Source of the DNA: Lentisphaerota bacterium
GTDB lineage: Bacteria > Verrucomicrobiota > Lentisphaeria > Victivallales > UBA1829
Reading direction: 5' to 3'
Assembly: GCA_015061565.1 (NCBI GenBank)
Contig: SUWI01000003.1
Span: 1-58,896, forward strand
DNA length: 58,896 nt
This document shows, one piece after another, positions 39,011 through 49,429 of the stretch (positions within the stretch are counted from its first letter, which is position 1; each line of letters starts with the position of its first letter). Both the position numbers and the translations under genes were made by a program. A model generated the notes under the pieces. That model made no database searches, was not told the origin of the DNA, and was given only the letters and a program-made list of their open reading frames with translations.

Positions 39011-42000
39011 TCAGCGGATTTTGGGTCTCTTTTTCCAGGCGCCTTCGCCGAACGGTGCGATCACTTCAGCGGCCTGAAGTTTGCCGCCTTCGGGACCCGC
39101 CAGCAGCCACGGTCCGCCGGAAACGAAATTTTCCCGCGTGCCGTCCTGATAAACGACCCTGAGTTCGCAGAGGATACCGCAGGCGCCCATCACATTGCCG
39201 GCCTTGATCCAGAGCCGGTTTTCCCCCTGTCTGGCTTTCACCGGCAGTTCGGTGATGGCGTCCCAGCCGCGGGATTTCGGCAGATCGGCTCCGTTGAAAC
39301 GGAATTCGCCGATGTCGTCCACGGCATAATACAAAGTCGCCGATTTGACCGGCTTGGAAAGCACGATTTTGCCTTCGGCGATCACGCTCTTCTGGCTGGT
39401 CAGATAGCCTTTCGCCCAGATCCAGGAGGCTTTGCCGAGATAGGGCTTGCCGTGTTCTTTCAGCGACAGCTTGAACGGATCGGGCGCCGATTCCAGTTCA
39501 TCGTCTTTCGCCGGCAGCTCATAAGCCGGTTCCGGCAGCGGCGCATTCCCGTAAACCGTCACGCTCCACGGCGGCAAATCGCCCGCATCCGGACCGTCAA
39601 GTTTTTTCAGGTCGGACGGCAGTTCGACCGAGGCCTTTTTGCCAGTTGGATTTTCCACCGCCACATAACGGTTTTTGCCGCTGCGGTATTCCACGGCGAA
39701 GAGCGGAGCCGGGACCTTATACAGCGTCCGCGGCAGCACCAGCATGCCGGAAAGACGGTGAATATGGCGGACCGCGTCCATATTTTCCTTGTAGAATTTT
39801 TCTGAGCGCACATGGCCGGTTCCCCACCAGAAAACTCCCGTGCAGCCGTGGATCCAGGCATCCATCTGCATGAAATGCAGTTCTTCGGGGGTCGGATATC
39901 CGTCCTGTGCATCGGGATTGTGCATCGTTTTCCAGGACCAGCCCTGCAGATAGAGCCAGACCGCCTTGCGGTCGTATCCCGCCTCGCGGCAGAGCTCGGC
40001 ATATTTGCCGACGCTGGTCATCATCTTGTCTTCCAGACCCGAGTGCATGCTCGGCGCCGGGACCGGGTAGATATCCACACCGTAGGCATCGCATGCGCCC
40101 GCCACCTGACGGTGCGTATCCAGGCCGCCCCGCGGCGCTTCATTGATCCAGACCGGGTGATAGGGATCGAATTCGCGCATCAGCCGGTAAGTTTCTTCCA
40201 GACATTTCAGCGGCATGCCCGCCCACGCCGGTTCATCCACCATGAAATAACCGAAAAAGGCCGGATGGTTCCGCATTTCCTGTGAGATCAGATTGTATTT
40301 GTTGTGCAGGAAGGTCTGTTTTTCCGCCTGACTGAGCTGGTGGAGGACCCCGCAGTGGATGAGGACCTTCAGACCCAGTTTTTCGGCCGCATCCAGCATC
40401 TCCAGACCTTTGCCGTGTCCGCCGAAACCGAAGACCAGGTTGACGCCGTTCCGGGCTCCCTGATAAACACCTCCCTTGAACGAATAGGCGCCCGAGCGCG
40501 GAATGGAATTCGGGACCACCCGTTTCCCGTTGACATAGAAGAACAGATCCGGCGCCAGCACCACTTCGACTTTCGCCTTCGCCAGTTTATGGATATCCTG
40601 GGTGACCGTCCTGCCGTCGCTGAACTTCACCGTCAGCGGATATTTGCCGACTTTCAGTCCGGAGGCGTCGAAACTGAACTTGCCGGCCGATGTCAGCTTT
40701 CTGACTTCGCCGTTGAACCGGACTTCCGCTGAAGTGGCTCCTTTCGGGAAGACCACTTCGCCGCGGACATGCTTTTCCTGCGGACGCGAGCTGTAGAAAC
40801 TGTTGCGGTAGAACGGTTCAGTGACGGTCAGCAGCTGCGACTGCGGCACTTCCGGTTCACACGCTTCCAGCTTGATCCGGTCGATCCGGAAAGACGATCC
40901 CGTCTGTCCCTGAAACTTCAGATCGATCGTTTTGCAGTTTCCCGGCACGGTGAAATTGAACTTTTTCTGTTGATACTGATCGCCCATGGCGTCATCCCAC
41001 GGAGCCTCGAAGGTCTTTTTTCCGGCGATCGCCATAACGCGGTAGACATGGAATCCGGTGGCGTTTTTCGCCTTCCGGTTGCCGTAGATCCGGAACTCGA
41101 GCCGGTAATGCTGGCCCGGCTGGACCGGAATTTTTTCCAGGACCGCATTGCCCGTGGAGATCGACAGCCGGTCTTTATCGAAATCGGCATCGCCGTTCAG
41201 CTGCCAGGTGCCGCCCAGCAGCTTTTTCGCCTCAAAAGGGACTATGCTGAAATTCCTCCATTCCGCCTTGCTGTTTTTCTCAGCCTGCAGCACCAGATTG
41301 GAAGTAACGGTGAAATCACCTTTCGGAATGGAAATGCGGAACGACTGTTTCGTCCATTCCTTCGGCAGTTTTTTGATGCCGGAGCCGCTGGATTTCCAAT
41401 CCCGTTTTTTGTTCGGGTACATCTGGATCCAGCCCAGATAGGTCCGGTAGTTCCCGGTCCCGCGGACTTCGTATGACAGCACATACTGGTCGCCCGGCTT
41501 GAAATCGGTGGTCTGCACCAGCAGCGTGGCTTTGTCCTTGCCTTCCAGAGTGGCCGTGCCGTTTTCATAACGGTAGAGTTCCGCTTTGTTCCGCTGGGTC
41601 CAGTTGACCGGACAGCCGTTGGCCAGCATGGAAAAATCGTAATTCTTGAGTTTTCCCTGCGGCGCGGCCTCCGTCAGCGAAAGGTTGCGGATCTGCAGTT
41701 CCTTTCCCGTGTGCGCATTCAGGTAGAGCCGGTAGCCGCGGGCATTTTCGCCGGTATTGAAAAGAAATTTGTATTCGGTAAATTCCTCCGTGCCTTTCTT
41801 TTTTCCGGCATCGGTATATCCGCGATTTTTCTCCCCTTCCTGCCACGAACTGTAAAGCTGGAAAGTCGCGTCCGGCGAGCCTTTCGCCTCATAACTGAGC
41901 AGATAGCTCTTGTTGGCTTCGATCTTGATATTGTGCTGGACCGCTGCGAATTTCGGGGCGATCCGGATGATCCCGTTTTCACTTTTCTGCCGGGTTCCGG

Positions 42001-42142
42001 TCGTGCTCGCGAAGGACCAGTGCATCGGCAGTCCGGCCGGCGACAATTCCGAAAAATCCGCATTCCGGATCAGGTTTTCCGCCGCGGAACACCACGAGCA
42101 GACTGCCAGCATTCCGACCGTCAATAAACTCTTTTTCATCAT
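39011..42142 (-). CDS. Secreted multi-CBM glycoside-hydrolase-like protein
   Basis: Signal peptide, three CBM4/9-like modules, a catalytic-like region ('GYFMVDEP', 'VDIYP', 'LQG') and a C-terminal 'ASWIW' beta-sandwich. Confidence 0.65.
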   Translation of the reverse strand: MMKKSLLTVGMLAVCSWCSAAENLIRNADFSELSPAGLPMHWSFASTTGTRQKSENGIIRIAPKFAAVQHNIKIEANKSYLLSYEAKGSPDATFQLYSSWQEGEKNRGYTDAGKKKGTEEFTEYKFLFNTGENARGYRLYLNAHTGKELQIRNLSLTEAAPQGKLKNYDFSMLANGCPVNWTQRNKAELYRYENGTATLEGKDKATLLVQTTDFKPGDQYVLSYEVRGTGNYRTYLGWIQMYPNKKRDWKSSGSGIKKLPKEWTKQSFRISIPKGDFTVTSNLVLQAEKNSKAEWRNFSIVPFEAKKLLGGTWQLNGDADFDKDRLSISTGNAVLEKIPVQPGQHYRLEFRIYGNRKAKNATGFHVYRVMAIAGKKTFEAPWDDAMGDQYQQKKFNFTVPGNCKTIDLKFQGQTGSSFRIDRIKLEACEPEVPQSQLLTVTEPFYRNSFYSSRPQEKHVRGEVVFPKGATSAEVRFNGEVRKLTSAGKFSFDASGLKVGKYPLTVKFSDGRTVTQDIHKLAKAKVEVVLAPDLFFYVNGKRVVPNSIPRSGAYSFKGGVYQGARNGVNLVFGFGGHGKGLEMLDAAEKLGLKVLIHCGVLHQLSQAEKQTFLHNKYNLISQEMRNHPAFFGYFMVDEPAWAGMPLKCLEETYRLMREFDPYHPVWINEAPRGGLDTHRQVAGACDAYGVDIYPVPAPSMHSGLEDKMMTSVGKYAELCREAGYDRKAVWLYLQGWSWKTMHNPDAQDGYPTPEELHFMQMDAWIHGCTGVFWWGTGHVRSEKFYKENMDAVRHIHRLSGMLVLPRTLYKVPAPLFAVEYRSGKNRYVAVENPTGKKASVELPSDLKKLDGPDAGDLPPWSVTVYGNAPLPEPAYELPAKDDELESAPDPFKLSLKEHGKPYLGKASWIWAKGYLTSQKSVIAEGKIVLSKPVKSATLYYAVDDIGEFRFNGADLPKSRGWDAITELPVKARQGENRLWIKAGNVMGACGILCELRVVYQDGTRENFVSGGPWLLAGPEGGKLQAAEVIAPFGEGAWKKRPKIR

Positions 42143-42170
42143 TCAAAACTCCTGTTATATTTTTCAATTT

Positions 42171-42950
42171 TCAGCGGTATTTTACATTCGGATCCCAACC
42201 CCACCGGTTGGGGGTGTAATTGGTTCCCGCGGCAGGTCCCTTGTTCGCATAAACCGATTTGATCCAGTTGGTGGGATCCTTGGAGGAACCTAAACCGGTG
42301 ATGGGCGCCACATGTCCCGCCACATAAAGCGCGTTGGCTTTCGTATTATGATTCGGATAAACATAAAAGTAGCTCGCGGTGTTCCAGGTCCAGGTGAAGG
42401 AATGGACCGTATGCTGTCCGTTATAGAACATTGCGGAACGGGTCTCCGCCACGGCTATCGTGTAGGACGGCTGCTTGAACTGGCTCAGTTTGCTGTGATC
42501 CAGATACTGATAGTTATATCCGTAATCGGTCATCGGCCAGTTGTCCGCATCCACTACCAGTTTTTTTGAAGTATACAGATTTTTGAGATGGTTCTTGATC
42601 AAGTCGGACGGTGCGTTGCGTTTTTCGAATGGAAAACTCGGGCAGAGAAAAGTCCTCGGCGGAATTTTGCTCTGTTCATGCAGCAGTCCGCCCCATTTGT
42701 CGGTTCGTCCGGATGCGTTTTTGGCGCTTGCTGCCGCTTTCGGAAACCTCAGATATGCATCATGGTAATTCATGAGTCCGAGCGAGACCTGTTTGAGATT
42801 TCCGATGCATGACGCGGCACGCGCGGCTTCTCTCGCATTGTTCAGTGCCGGCAGCAGCATCGCCGCCAGGATCGCAATGATCGCGATCACGACGAGGAGC
42901 TCTATCAAAGTGAAAAATTCCGGAAAAAACGTTTTGTCCTTCCTGCCCAT
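42171..42950 (-). CDS. Prepilin-type N-terminal cleavage/methylation protein (variant H-X9-AG)
   Basis: '[24 protein letters not shown]' and '[15 protein letters not shown]'. AAGGAGG RBS. Confidence 0.9.
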   Translation of the reverse strand: MGRKDKTFFPEFFTLIELLVVIAIIAILAAMLLPALNNAREAARAASCIGNLKQVSLGLMNYHDAYLRFPKAAASAKNASGRTDKWGGLLHEQSKIPPRTFLCPSFPFEKRNAPSDLIKNHLKNLYTSKKLVVDADNWPMTDYGYNYQYLDHSKLSQFKQPSYTIAVAETRSAMFYNGQHTVHSFTWTWNTASYFYVYPNHNTKANALYVAGHVAPITGLGSSKDPTNWIKSVYANKGPAAGTNYTPNRWGWDPNVKYR

Positions 42951-43084
42951 TTTATCCTCCTTGAGTTGAAATTTGAAAAGATCCGATATTCATCCAATAA
43001 CAAATATAATCATTTTTCGGGAAAAAACCTTGATTATTCAGCCGATTTATAGTATAATACCGCCAAAAGGGAGATTTTTGTCTG

Positions 43085-43957
43085 ATGCAGAAGATTTTTC
43101 ATTCGACAATGGATTGTTTCATCGGAGCCACGGAACTGCCGGTCTGGGTGGTCTATCTTGGGAAAGGGCGGCATCCGGCGCGGTTTTTCCACGACCACAA
43201 CTATTCGGAAATCGCGGTGATCATCCGCGGTCCGGCCCGGCATGTACTTGACGGGGAAAATGTTCCGGTTGCCGCCGGGGATGTGCTGATCATCCATCCG
43301 GGCGCGGTCCATGCGTATGATGAAACCGGGGAAATGGAGATCATCAACCTGATTTTCGATCCCTCCAGGCTTTCGCTGCCGCAGCTGGACGGCTATTCCA
43401 TGCCGCTGTTCGGAAAGATTTTTCCGGACGGAAAGAATCTGTATCATTCAGCCAATCCGGCGGCGCGGCTTGCTCCGGATGATCTGACCGAAGCCGTCCG
43501 GATGATCCGGAAACTGGAAGACGAACTCAAGGATCCCCTGCCGGGAAAACTGTTCTTATGCATGGCGCTGTTCATGGAGATCATCGCGTTCATTTCGCGC
43601 AAAAGCGGCCAGGATGGCGGGGAGCAGCGGGCCAATTTCCTGATCGGTGATGCCATCCGCTATATGAACCGTCATTATGCGGAGCCCGTGGAACTGGAAA
43701 AACTGGCGAGGATCGCCAAAATGTCCGAACGGAGTTTTTTCCGCCATTTCCATGTCAGCGCGGGTTGTTCGCCGATCGAATATCTGATGAAGATCCGGCT
43801 CCGGCACGGCTGCGACCTGCTGATCAACAGCAACAGTTCCATTGCGGAGATCGCGGAGCAGTGCGGGTTTTACGACAGCAATTATTTCTGCAAACAGTTC
43901 CGGCGTGCGTTCGCGGTGTCGCCGCGGTCTTTCCGGCAGCAATACCGCGCCGGATGA
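43085..43957 (+). CDS. AraC family regulator (RhaR/RhaS-like)
   Basis: Cupin 'HDHNYSEI...H' and HTH 'IAEQCGFYDSNYFCKQF'. Confidence 0.95.
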   Translation: MQKIFHSTMDCFIGATELPVWVVYLGKGRHPARFFHDHNYSEIAVIIRGPARHVLDGENVPVAAGDVLIIHPGAVHAYDETGEMEIINLIFDPSRLSLPQLDGYSMPLFGKIFPDGKNLYHSANPAARLAPDDLTEAVRMIRKLEDELKDPLPGKLFLCMALFMEIIAFISRKSGQDGGEQRANFLIGDAIRYMNRHYAEPVELEKLARIAKMSERSFFRHFHVSAGCSPIEYLMKIRLRHGCDLLINSNSSIAEIAEQCGFYDSNYFCKQFRRAFAVSPRSFRQQYRAG

Positions 43958-43958
43958 T

Positions 43959-45500
43959 TCAGTTCCTGCGGTCCATGGACCGGTAGCCGATCGCTTCGAA
44001 GAGATGTTCGCGGCGGATGGCGGTGCTGCCCGCCAGGTCGGCGATGGTGCGGGACACCCGCAGGATGCGGTCGTAGGCACGTGCGCTCAAACCGAATTCT
44101 TCGATCGCATGACGGATCAGGGTTTCGGTCTGCGGATCCAGCTTGCAGTATTTCAGCAGATGCGCCGGTTCCATCCGCCCGTTGCAGGTGATTCTGGTTC
44201 CCTTGAAACGTTCCTGCTGGATCGCACGAGCCTTCATCACCCGTTCCCGGATCGAGGCGCTGCTTTCCGCCTTGGCGCCATGGGCGAGCAGTTCGTCTTC
44301 CGAAAGCGCGGCCAGTTCCACATGCAGGTCGATCCGGTCCAGCAGCGGACCTGAGATCCGGGCGCGGTAATTCTGGATCTGCATCTGACGGCAGCGGCAG
44401 ACGTGCCGGCGGTCGCCGAGATGTCCGCAGGGACACGGATTCATGGCGGCGATCAGCATGAATTCGCAGGGGAAGGTGAAACTTCCGGCAGCGCGGGAGA
44501 TCGTCACCGTGCCATTCTCCATAGGCTGACGCAGCACTTCCAGGACCGTGCGCTTGAATTCCGGCAGTTCGTCGAGAAACAGAACGCCGTTGTGGGCGAG
44601 GGAAATTTCGCCGGGACCCGGATTCGAACCGCCGCCGATCAGGCCGACGTCGCTGACCGTGTGGTGAGGCGCGCGGAACGGCCGGGTGCGGACCAGCGGC
44701 GAATCGGCGGGCAGCAGACCCATGATGCTGTGGATCCGGCTGGTCGCCAGCGTTTCCGCCTCGGTCATCGGCGGCAGAATGCCGGGAAGACGTTTCGCAA
44801 GCATTGATTTTCCGGCGCCCGGCGGACCGATCATCAAAAGATTGTGCCCGCCCGCGGCCGCCACTTCCATCGCCCGCTTGGCGGCGGCTTGTCCCTTGAC
44901 CTCGGAAAAATCGGGAATGTCGGTCCAGTCCGGTTCGGCAAACAGGGCATCGGCGGCGGAGGGATCGACCGGCAGGAGTTCGCCTCGCAGAGCGGCGATC
45001 GCTTCCGGCAGCGAGGCCACCGGATAGACTTTGAGCTTCGAGGCCGCCACGATCGCTTCGGAGACGTTTTTCGCCGGCACGATCAGCTTGCCGAATTCCT
45101 TGTGCTCCCGGGCCATCAGCGCCACCGAAAGAATGCCGCGGACCGGCCGGACCCCGCCGTCCAGCGCGAGTTCGCCGAGGATCATCGCATCTTCCAGCAG
45201 AACCGGATCGACCGCGCCCGTCGCGGCGGCCAGTCCCAGCGCGATCGGCAGATCGAACGCCGCTCCCTCTTTCTTGAGGTCGGCCGGAGCCAGATTGACC
45301 AGGGTCGCACCGGCCGGATGTTCATACCCGCAGGAATACAGGGCGGAACGGATCCGTTCGCGGCTCTCCTTCACCGCGGCGTCAGGCAGTCCGACGATGG
45401 AAACGATCTCCTGTTCGCCCCGTCCGGAAGCATGCACCTCGACTTCCAGCGGGATGGCTTCGATGCCGGTCAGGGCGGCGGAACCGGTATGGGTCAGCAT
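43959..45500 (-). CDS. comM: YifB/ComM Mg-chelatase-like AAA+ ATPase
   Basis: '[14 protein letters not shown]', GPPGAGKS, '[20 protein letters not shown]' and 'AAMNPCPCG'. Confidence 0.95.
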   Translation of the reverse strand: MLTHTGSAALTGIEAIPLEVEVHASGRGEQEIVSIVGLPDAAVKESRERIRSALYSCGYEHPAGATLVNLAPADLKKEGAAFDLPIALGLAAATGAVDPVLLEDAMILGELALDGGVRPVRGILSVALMAREHKEFGKLIVPAKNVSEAIVAASKLKVYPVASLPEAIAALRGELLPVDPSAADALFAEPDWTDIPDFSEVKGQAAAKRAMEVAAAGGHNLLMIGPPGAGKSMLAKRLPGILPPMTEAETLATSRIHSIMGLLPADSPLVRTRPFRAPHHTVSDVGLIGGGSNPGPGEISLAHNGVLFLDELPEFKRTVLEVLRQPMENGTVTISRAAGSFTFPCEFMLIAAMNPCPCGHLGDRRHVCRCRQMQIQNYRARISGPLLDRIDLHVELAALSEDELLAHGAKAESSASIRERVMKARAIQQERFKGTRITCNGRMEPAHLLKYCKLDPQTETLIRHAIEEFGLSARAYDRILRVSRTIADLAGSTAIRREHLFEAIGYRSMDRRN

Positions 45501-45524
45501 GATGGGGGATTCCTTTCGGTCGGA

Positions 45525-46505
45525 TCAGAATTTCTTATGGAGCAGGAAATAAAGCGCGGCGGCCGCGCCGGCGTAGGAACCGATATCGCGCCGCAGTTCG
45601 CTGGGTACCAGTTCGCAGTCTTTGAGCATCTCCTGCCAGCAGAAGCGCGGCAGATATTTTCTGATCGGATCCATATAGATATCCCCGATCGCCCATGCCA
45701 GCGTGCCCAGGATCAGCCGGTCCGGATTGAAGGTGTTGATCAGGATCCCCATGGCCTGCGCATTGCGCAGAGACATCTCATCCCAGATCTCGGCTGCCAG
45801 TTTATCTCCGGCGCGGAACGCTTTTTCCAGCGAGATCATATCGATATTTTCCACTTTGCCGCCGGCACATTGCACGATCGGATGATCGGGTTGGTCTTTC
45901 AGTTTCGCCTGCAGATAAAGCGCGATGTTACGTCCGGAGCAATATGCTTCGTAACAGCCGTACATGCCGCAGCCGCATTTGCGGTCGCTGTTGACCTCCA
46001 GCACGGTATGGCCGACTTCGCCGCCGTAAAGGCCGGTGCCGCGGACAAGTTTGCCTTCCGTAATGATCCCGGCACCGATGCCGGTGGACATGGTCAGGTA
46101 AATGAAATGGTTGATTCCGCGTCCGGCGCCGAAGAAACCTTCCGCCAGGGCGCCGCAGTTTGCATCGTTTTCAAAACATCCGGGAATGCCGAGCTGATCT
46201 TTCAGATATTGCAGGATCGGCACATTGCGCCAGTGGATGTTGTTGGGCGGAGCGGTCAGGATGCCGTTGGCGACGTCGGCCGGTCCCGGCGCGGAGATCC
46301 CGAACCCGGCAACGTCGGTCAGTTTCAGCTGATTTTCCTGCACGATCTCTTTGGCTGCGGTGACCAGCAGCGGCAGGATGTCTTCCGGATACGTGTCCTT
46401 ATTTTCGATCCGCCGGCTGCCGAGGATCTTCCCGCCGGTCGAAACGAGCCCGACGCCGATCTTGGTTCCGCCGATATCAAAACCCAGTACGATTTCTTCG
46501 TTCAT
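45525..46505 (-). CDS. ROK family sugar kinase (glucokinase-like)
   Basis: DIGGT, ENDAN, STGIGAG, GEVGH and the CGCG..GC.E zinc motif. Confidence 0.93.
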   Translation of the reverse strand: MNEEIVLGFDIGGTKIGVGLVSTGGKILGSRRIENKDTYPEDILPLLVTAAKEIVQENQLKLTDVAGFGISAPGPADVANGILTAPPNNIHWRNVPILQYLKDQLGIPGCFENDANCGALAEGFFGAGRGINHFIYLTMSTGIGAGIITEGKLVRGTGLYGGEVGHTVLEVNSDRKCGCGMYGCYEAYCSGRNIALYLQAKLKDQPDHPIVQCAGGKVENIDMISLEKAFRAGDKLAAEIWDEMSLRNAQAMGILINTFNPDRLILGTLAWAIGDIYMDPIRKYLPRFCWQEMLKDCELVPSELRRDIGSYAGAAAALYFLLHKKF

Positions 46506-46642
46506 GATAACCTCTCCATCAAGAAAATTGGATAATGGAACAATATAATTGTGAAACGTCTTTTATGCAAGAAAAAAAACGTATTTTTTCTGTTTCGGGC
46601 TTGAAATTTTTCAATCCGGGGGTATGTTTAGGGGCAGAGTCA

Positions 46643-46728
46643 GCCGAAGTGGCGGAATGGCAGACGCACTAGACTCAAAATCTGGCGCTCGCGAGAGCGT
46701 AAGGGTTCAAGTCCCTTCTTCGGCACCA
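46643..46728 (+). tRNA. tRNA-Leu(CAA)
   Basis: GCCGAAG/CTTCGGC acceptor stem, anticodon arm CTAGA-CTCAAAA-TCTGG, long variable arm, GGTTCAAGTCC T-arm and an encoded CCA. Confidence 0.97.
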
Positions 46729-46750
46729 TTTTCAGCCTCAAAATCGCCAA

Positions 46751-46772
46751 TTCTTCCCCATTTCTTCCCCAT
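46751..46772. repeat. Tandem 11-bp repeat TTCTTCCCCAT x2 (candidate integrase arm sites)
   Basis: Exact tandem duplication 22 bp after the tRNA 3' end. Confidence 0.6.
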
Positions 46773-46840
46773 TTTTTGTTGCGGAATCGTGTTTTGAATG
46801 CTATATTGAGCCATAACGTGCAATACAGGATAGGCACGTC

Positions 46841-48205
46841 ATGATGAAAGCAAGCGGTGTTCGGAAGAGCAGGAAGAAATTGAATCAGTTACGAGGAAAA
46901 TTACGGCAGAAGGAAAAGAACGGTCCCTATTACTACCGGCTCATGGTGGCCAATGGGGTTCGGAAGGAATTCGCCCTGAAAACCGCCGACTTTGAAGATG
47001 CATTCAGAAAAGCAACCGATCTGGATGCCGTTTACGAAGCTCCCAACCAGGAAGTCGCCATAGCCCAGATCAATGCAATCAAAGGATTTTCGAAAATTGT
47101 CGAGCCACTTCCTTTATCCGAAATATGGGAAAAATACGAAGTTCATCCAGATCGGGCTCGTCCTCTGACTCCGCATGAACCGTTAATGTATCATTCCACC
47201 CTCCAGGAATTCATTGATTACGCAGAGGGCAGGAGCGGTAATGGAAAAGGAAAACGGAGTGCTTTATCGGTAATTTCCGATGTAACTCCTGAGGTCGTTT
47301 CCAGATACGTCGATTATCTGAAAACCACGCGCATTGCAGTTGATACCCACAATCGCAAAATGAGACGTCTTCGCAAAATATTCGAATGCCTGAAAGATTA
47401 TTGCGGCGGCGAAAATCCATTCCGGATAAAACACATCTTCCGTAATGCCCGAGAGGAGCAGGGATCCATTGTTCAAAGACAGCCATTTACCAAAGAACAG
47501 GAGCAGCAGTTAAGAGATGTTCTTGATGACGACAAATTCCAAGTCATGAATAAAAACGAGGTGAAGGTCATCTACTACATTGGGATGTACACTGGCCAGC
47601 GAATGAAAGACTGCGTGCTGCTGCGTTGGACCAAGGTTGATTTGAATATAGATCGCGTCTGGGTTAAACAATTCAAGACTGGCAAGGAAGTCACCATCCC
47701 CATTGCACCTGAACTCAAAAAAGCATTATTGGAAGCCCAAACGTGGCAGGAGTCTGGCAACAGTTATGTTTGTCCCAAAGTCGCTGTCCGGTATAACAAG
47801 ATCAATGCCGAGGGTAAAAATGTTGGCAACAACCTTGTAAATTTGGACATTTTGAGAGTAATACGCTGGATCGGACTTGAACCGTCTGTGGAAGTTCCGG
47901 GCAGAGACAAGAAAATGACGGTTTACGGTTTCCATTCCCTGCGTCACTCTTTCTGTTCGTTCTGTGCTGAGGCCGGTGTTCCCAAAGCGGTTGTAGATTC
48001 GATTTTGGGGACAAATTCGAAGATCACGGACAAGTATTACACCCATATAGGAGATGCGGCCCAGCGTCAGGCTATCAATGCGATTTCCGGAGTGATCGAA
48101 AACGACTCGCTGAAGGATCGTGTTCAAGCGGTGATAAAACTGCTGGATACCAAACCGGAACCAACCCAGAGTGTGCTGGATCAGATCAGAAAAATATTAA
48201 GTTGA
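46841..48205 (+). CDS. int: Tyrosine recombinase/integrase
   Basis: Catalytic R (TGQR), K (FKT), HSLRH and Y (KYYTH). The start may be TTG 46880. Confidence 0.95.
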   Translation: MMKASGVRKSRKKLNQLRGKLRQKEKNGPYYYRLMVANGVRKEFALKTADFEDAFRKATDLDAVYEAPNQEVAIAQINAIKGFSKIVEPLPLSEIWEKYEVHPDRARPLTPHEPLMYHSTLQEFIDYAEGRSGNGKGKRSALSVISDVTPEVVSRYVDYLKTTRIAVDTHNRKMRRLRKIFECLKDYCGGENPFRIKHIFRNAREEQGSIVQRQPFTKEQEQQLRDVLDDDKFQVMNKNEVKVIYYIGMYTGQRMKDCVLLRWTKVDLNIDRVWVKQFKTGKEVTIPIAPELKKALLEAQTWQESGNSYVCPKVAVRYNKINAEGKNVGNNLVNLDILRVIRWIGLEPSVEVPGRDKKMTVYGFHSLRHSFCSFCAEAGVPKAVVDSILGTNSKITDKYYTHIGDAAQRQAINAISGVIENDSLKDRVQAVIKLLDTKPEPTQSVLDQIRKILS

Positions 48206-48230
48206 CAACTGTTGTAGTTTTATGGATGGC

Positions 48231-49184
48231 TCAGGAAGATTTTTTTGGTCTTCCCGGGCCTCTTTTCATTTTATCGAATTTCGGGTGGAGTTCTTTGAAA
48301 GTTTTACCTCGATAGTCAATCCAATATTTTTGCCCATTTACATTCATCCCGAGCAAAACTGAAGCAGCCAGAGAAGGGGAAGAAAAAGCATAATAAGTTT
48401 TGAATATATAAAACTGATCCTGTTCCTCAAGTATTCCGGACTTAATTAGTTCTTCTCTTTTCTTTTGAATGTGCTCATATCCGTCTTCCAATGTTTTTGC
48501 ATTTTTAACCATCTGTGAACCGGCAAATACAAAAAATAAGCCTCGGTCCGTTTCCAATCTCGTTTCGTTCTGCGCAAGATCCAACAATATTTCTCCTAAA
48601 CCAAAGTCCATGGGAAACTGTTGCAACCTTTGGGCTACATCCTGATTGATCCAAATTCCATGAGCCGCAATAATACTGCTGTTGAGCCTGTACCTCATTG
48701 TTTTTTCCCAGAGCAGATGAATTGTTTTGGATACACGTGCAACCTCCTCAAAGGCTTTACGTAATGGTTTTTTTATGGACTCAAGCAGTAGAAGATTGTC
48801 AGATATATCATCAAAATTATCAAGTTGGTTATCCGATTCTAATATTCGGGTAAGGAATTCATTGTTTTGGGTTTCTCTAAGCTTTCTGCGCTGTTCTTTT
48901 CGGTCAAGGCAAAAAGAGCGTTGTTCAGGAGGAATTTTCTGATTTCGCTGGTATCGTTTTCTGATAGCGCCTTTGGATAGCGGTTTTGGGTTAATTTTCT
49001 TCGCTCGTTTTTCCTCTTCACTTGCTACCCAGTCTAAAAATCTTTGCTGGCTGCCATACGCCCAATTATGTTCAGGCAGATCAAACCAATCGAACAGTAC
49101 ATTAAAATTTCCATCGGTCTGAAAACTGTTCGACAGATCGTTCAATTCGGGTGCCAATGCCTTGCGATTAAATTTCTTCTTCAT
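48231..49184 (-). CDS. DUF4357 (RAMA-like) domain protein with a terminal AT-hook-like motif
   Basis: 'F.V.AGS...FSSPSLAASVLLG...NG...W....GKT', ending in KRGPGRPKK. Confidence 0.8.
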   Translation of the reverse strand: MKKKFNRKALAPELNDLSNSFQTDGNFNVLFDWFDLPEHNWAYGSQQRFLDWVASEEEKRAKKINPKPLSKGAIRKRYQRNQKIPPEQRSFCLDRKEQRRKLRETQNNEFLTRILESDNQLDNFDDISDNLLLLESIKKPLRKAFEEVARVSKTIHLLWEKTMRYRLNSSIIAAHGIWINQDVAQRLQQFPMDFGLGEILLDLAQNETRLETDRGLFFVFAGSQMVKNAKTLEDGYEHIQKKREELIKSGILEEQDQFYIFKTYYAFSSPSLAASVLLGMNVNGQKYWIDYRGKTFKELHPKFDKMKRGPGRPKKSS

Positions 49185-49270
49185 CCGTTGCCTTCCTTTA
49201 TTCTCTTTTACAATACACTCAACTTTCCGAAAAATCAAGCTTTTGTTGAATCATGCTATTATAATGATAC

Positions 49271-49350
49271 ACTTCCAACTCTATTGGTATTGTCCCAACT
49301 CTATTTATTTTGTCCCAACCCTATTTATTTTGTCCCAACCCTATTTATTA
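49271..49350. repeat. 20-bp tandem repeats TGTCCCAACYCTATTTATTW x3 plus one degenerate copy
   Basis: Copies at 49291, 49311 and 49331, and a degenerate copy at 49271, all in the divergent intergenic region. Confidence 0.9.
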
Positions 49351-49429
49351 TTTCTCTATTTAGCTCATTGTAAAATAAAAAAAAGCGATTATAATTACTG
49401 CTGAAGATTGCAAAAAATCGGAGGCAATA

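Noticed and set aside
43959-45500. comM as an integration hotspot
   Set aside because: The gene is intact; the element is at the tRNA instead.
46640-46837. 65-aa minus-strand ORF
   Set aside because: It is the antisense reading of tRNA-Leu.
49271-49350. Possible CRISPR array
   Set aside because: The repeats are contiguous with no spacers, and there are no cas genes.
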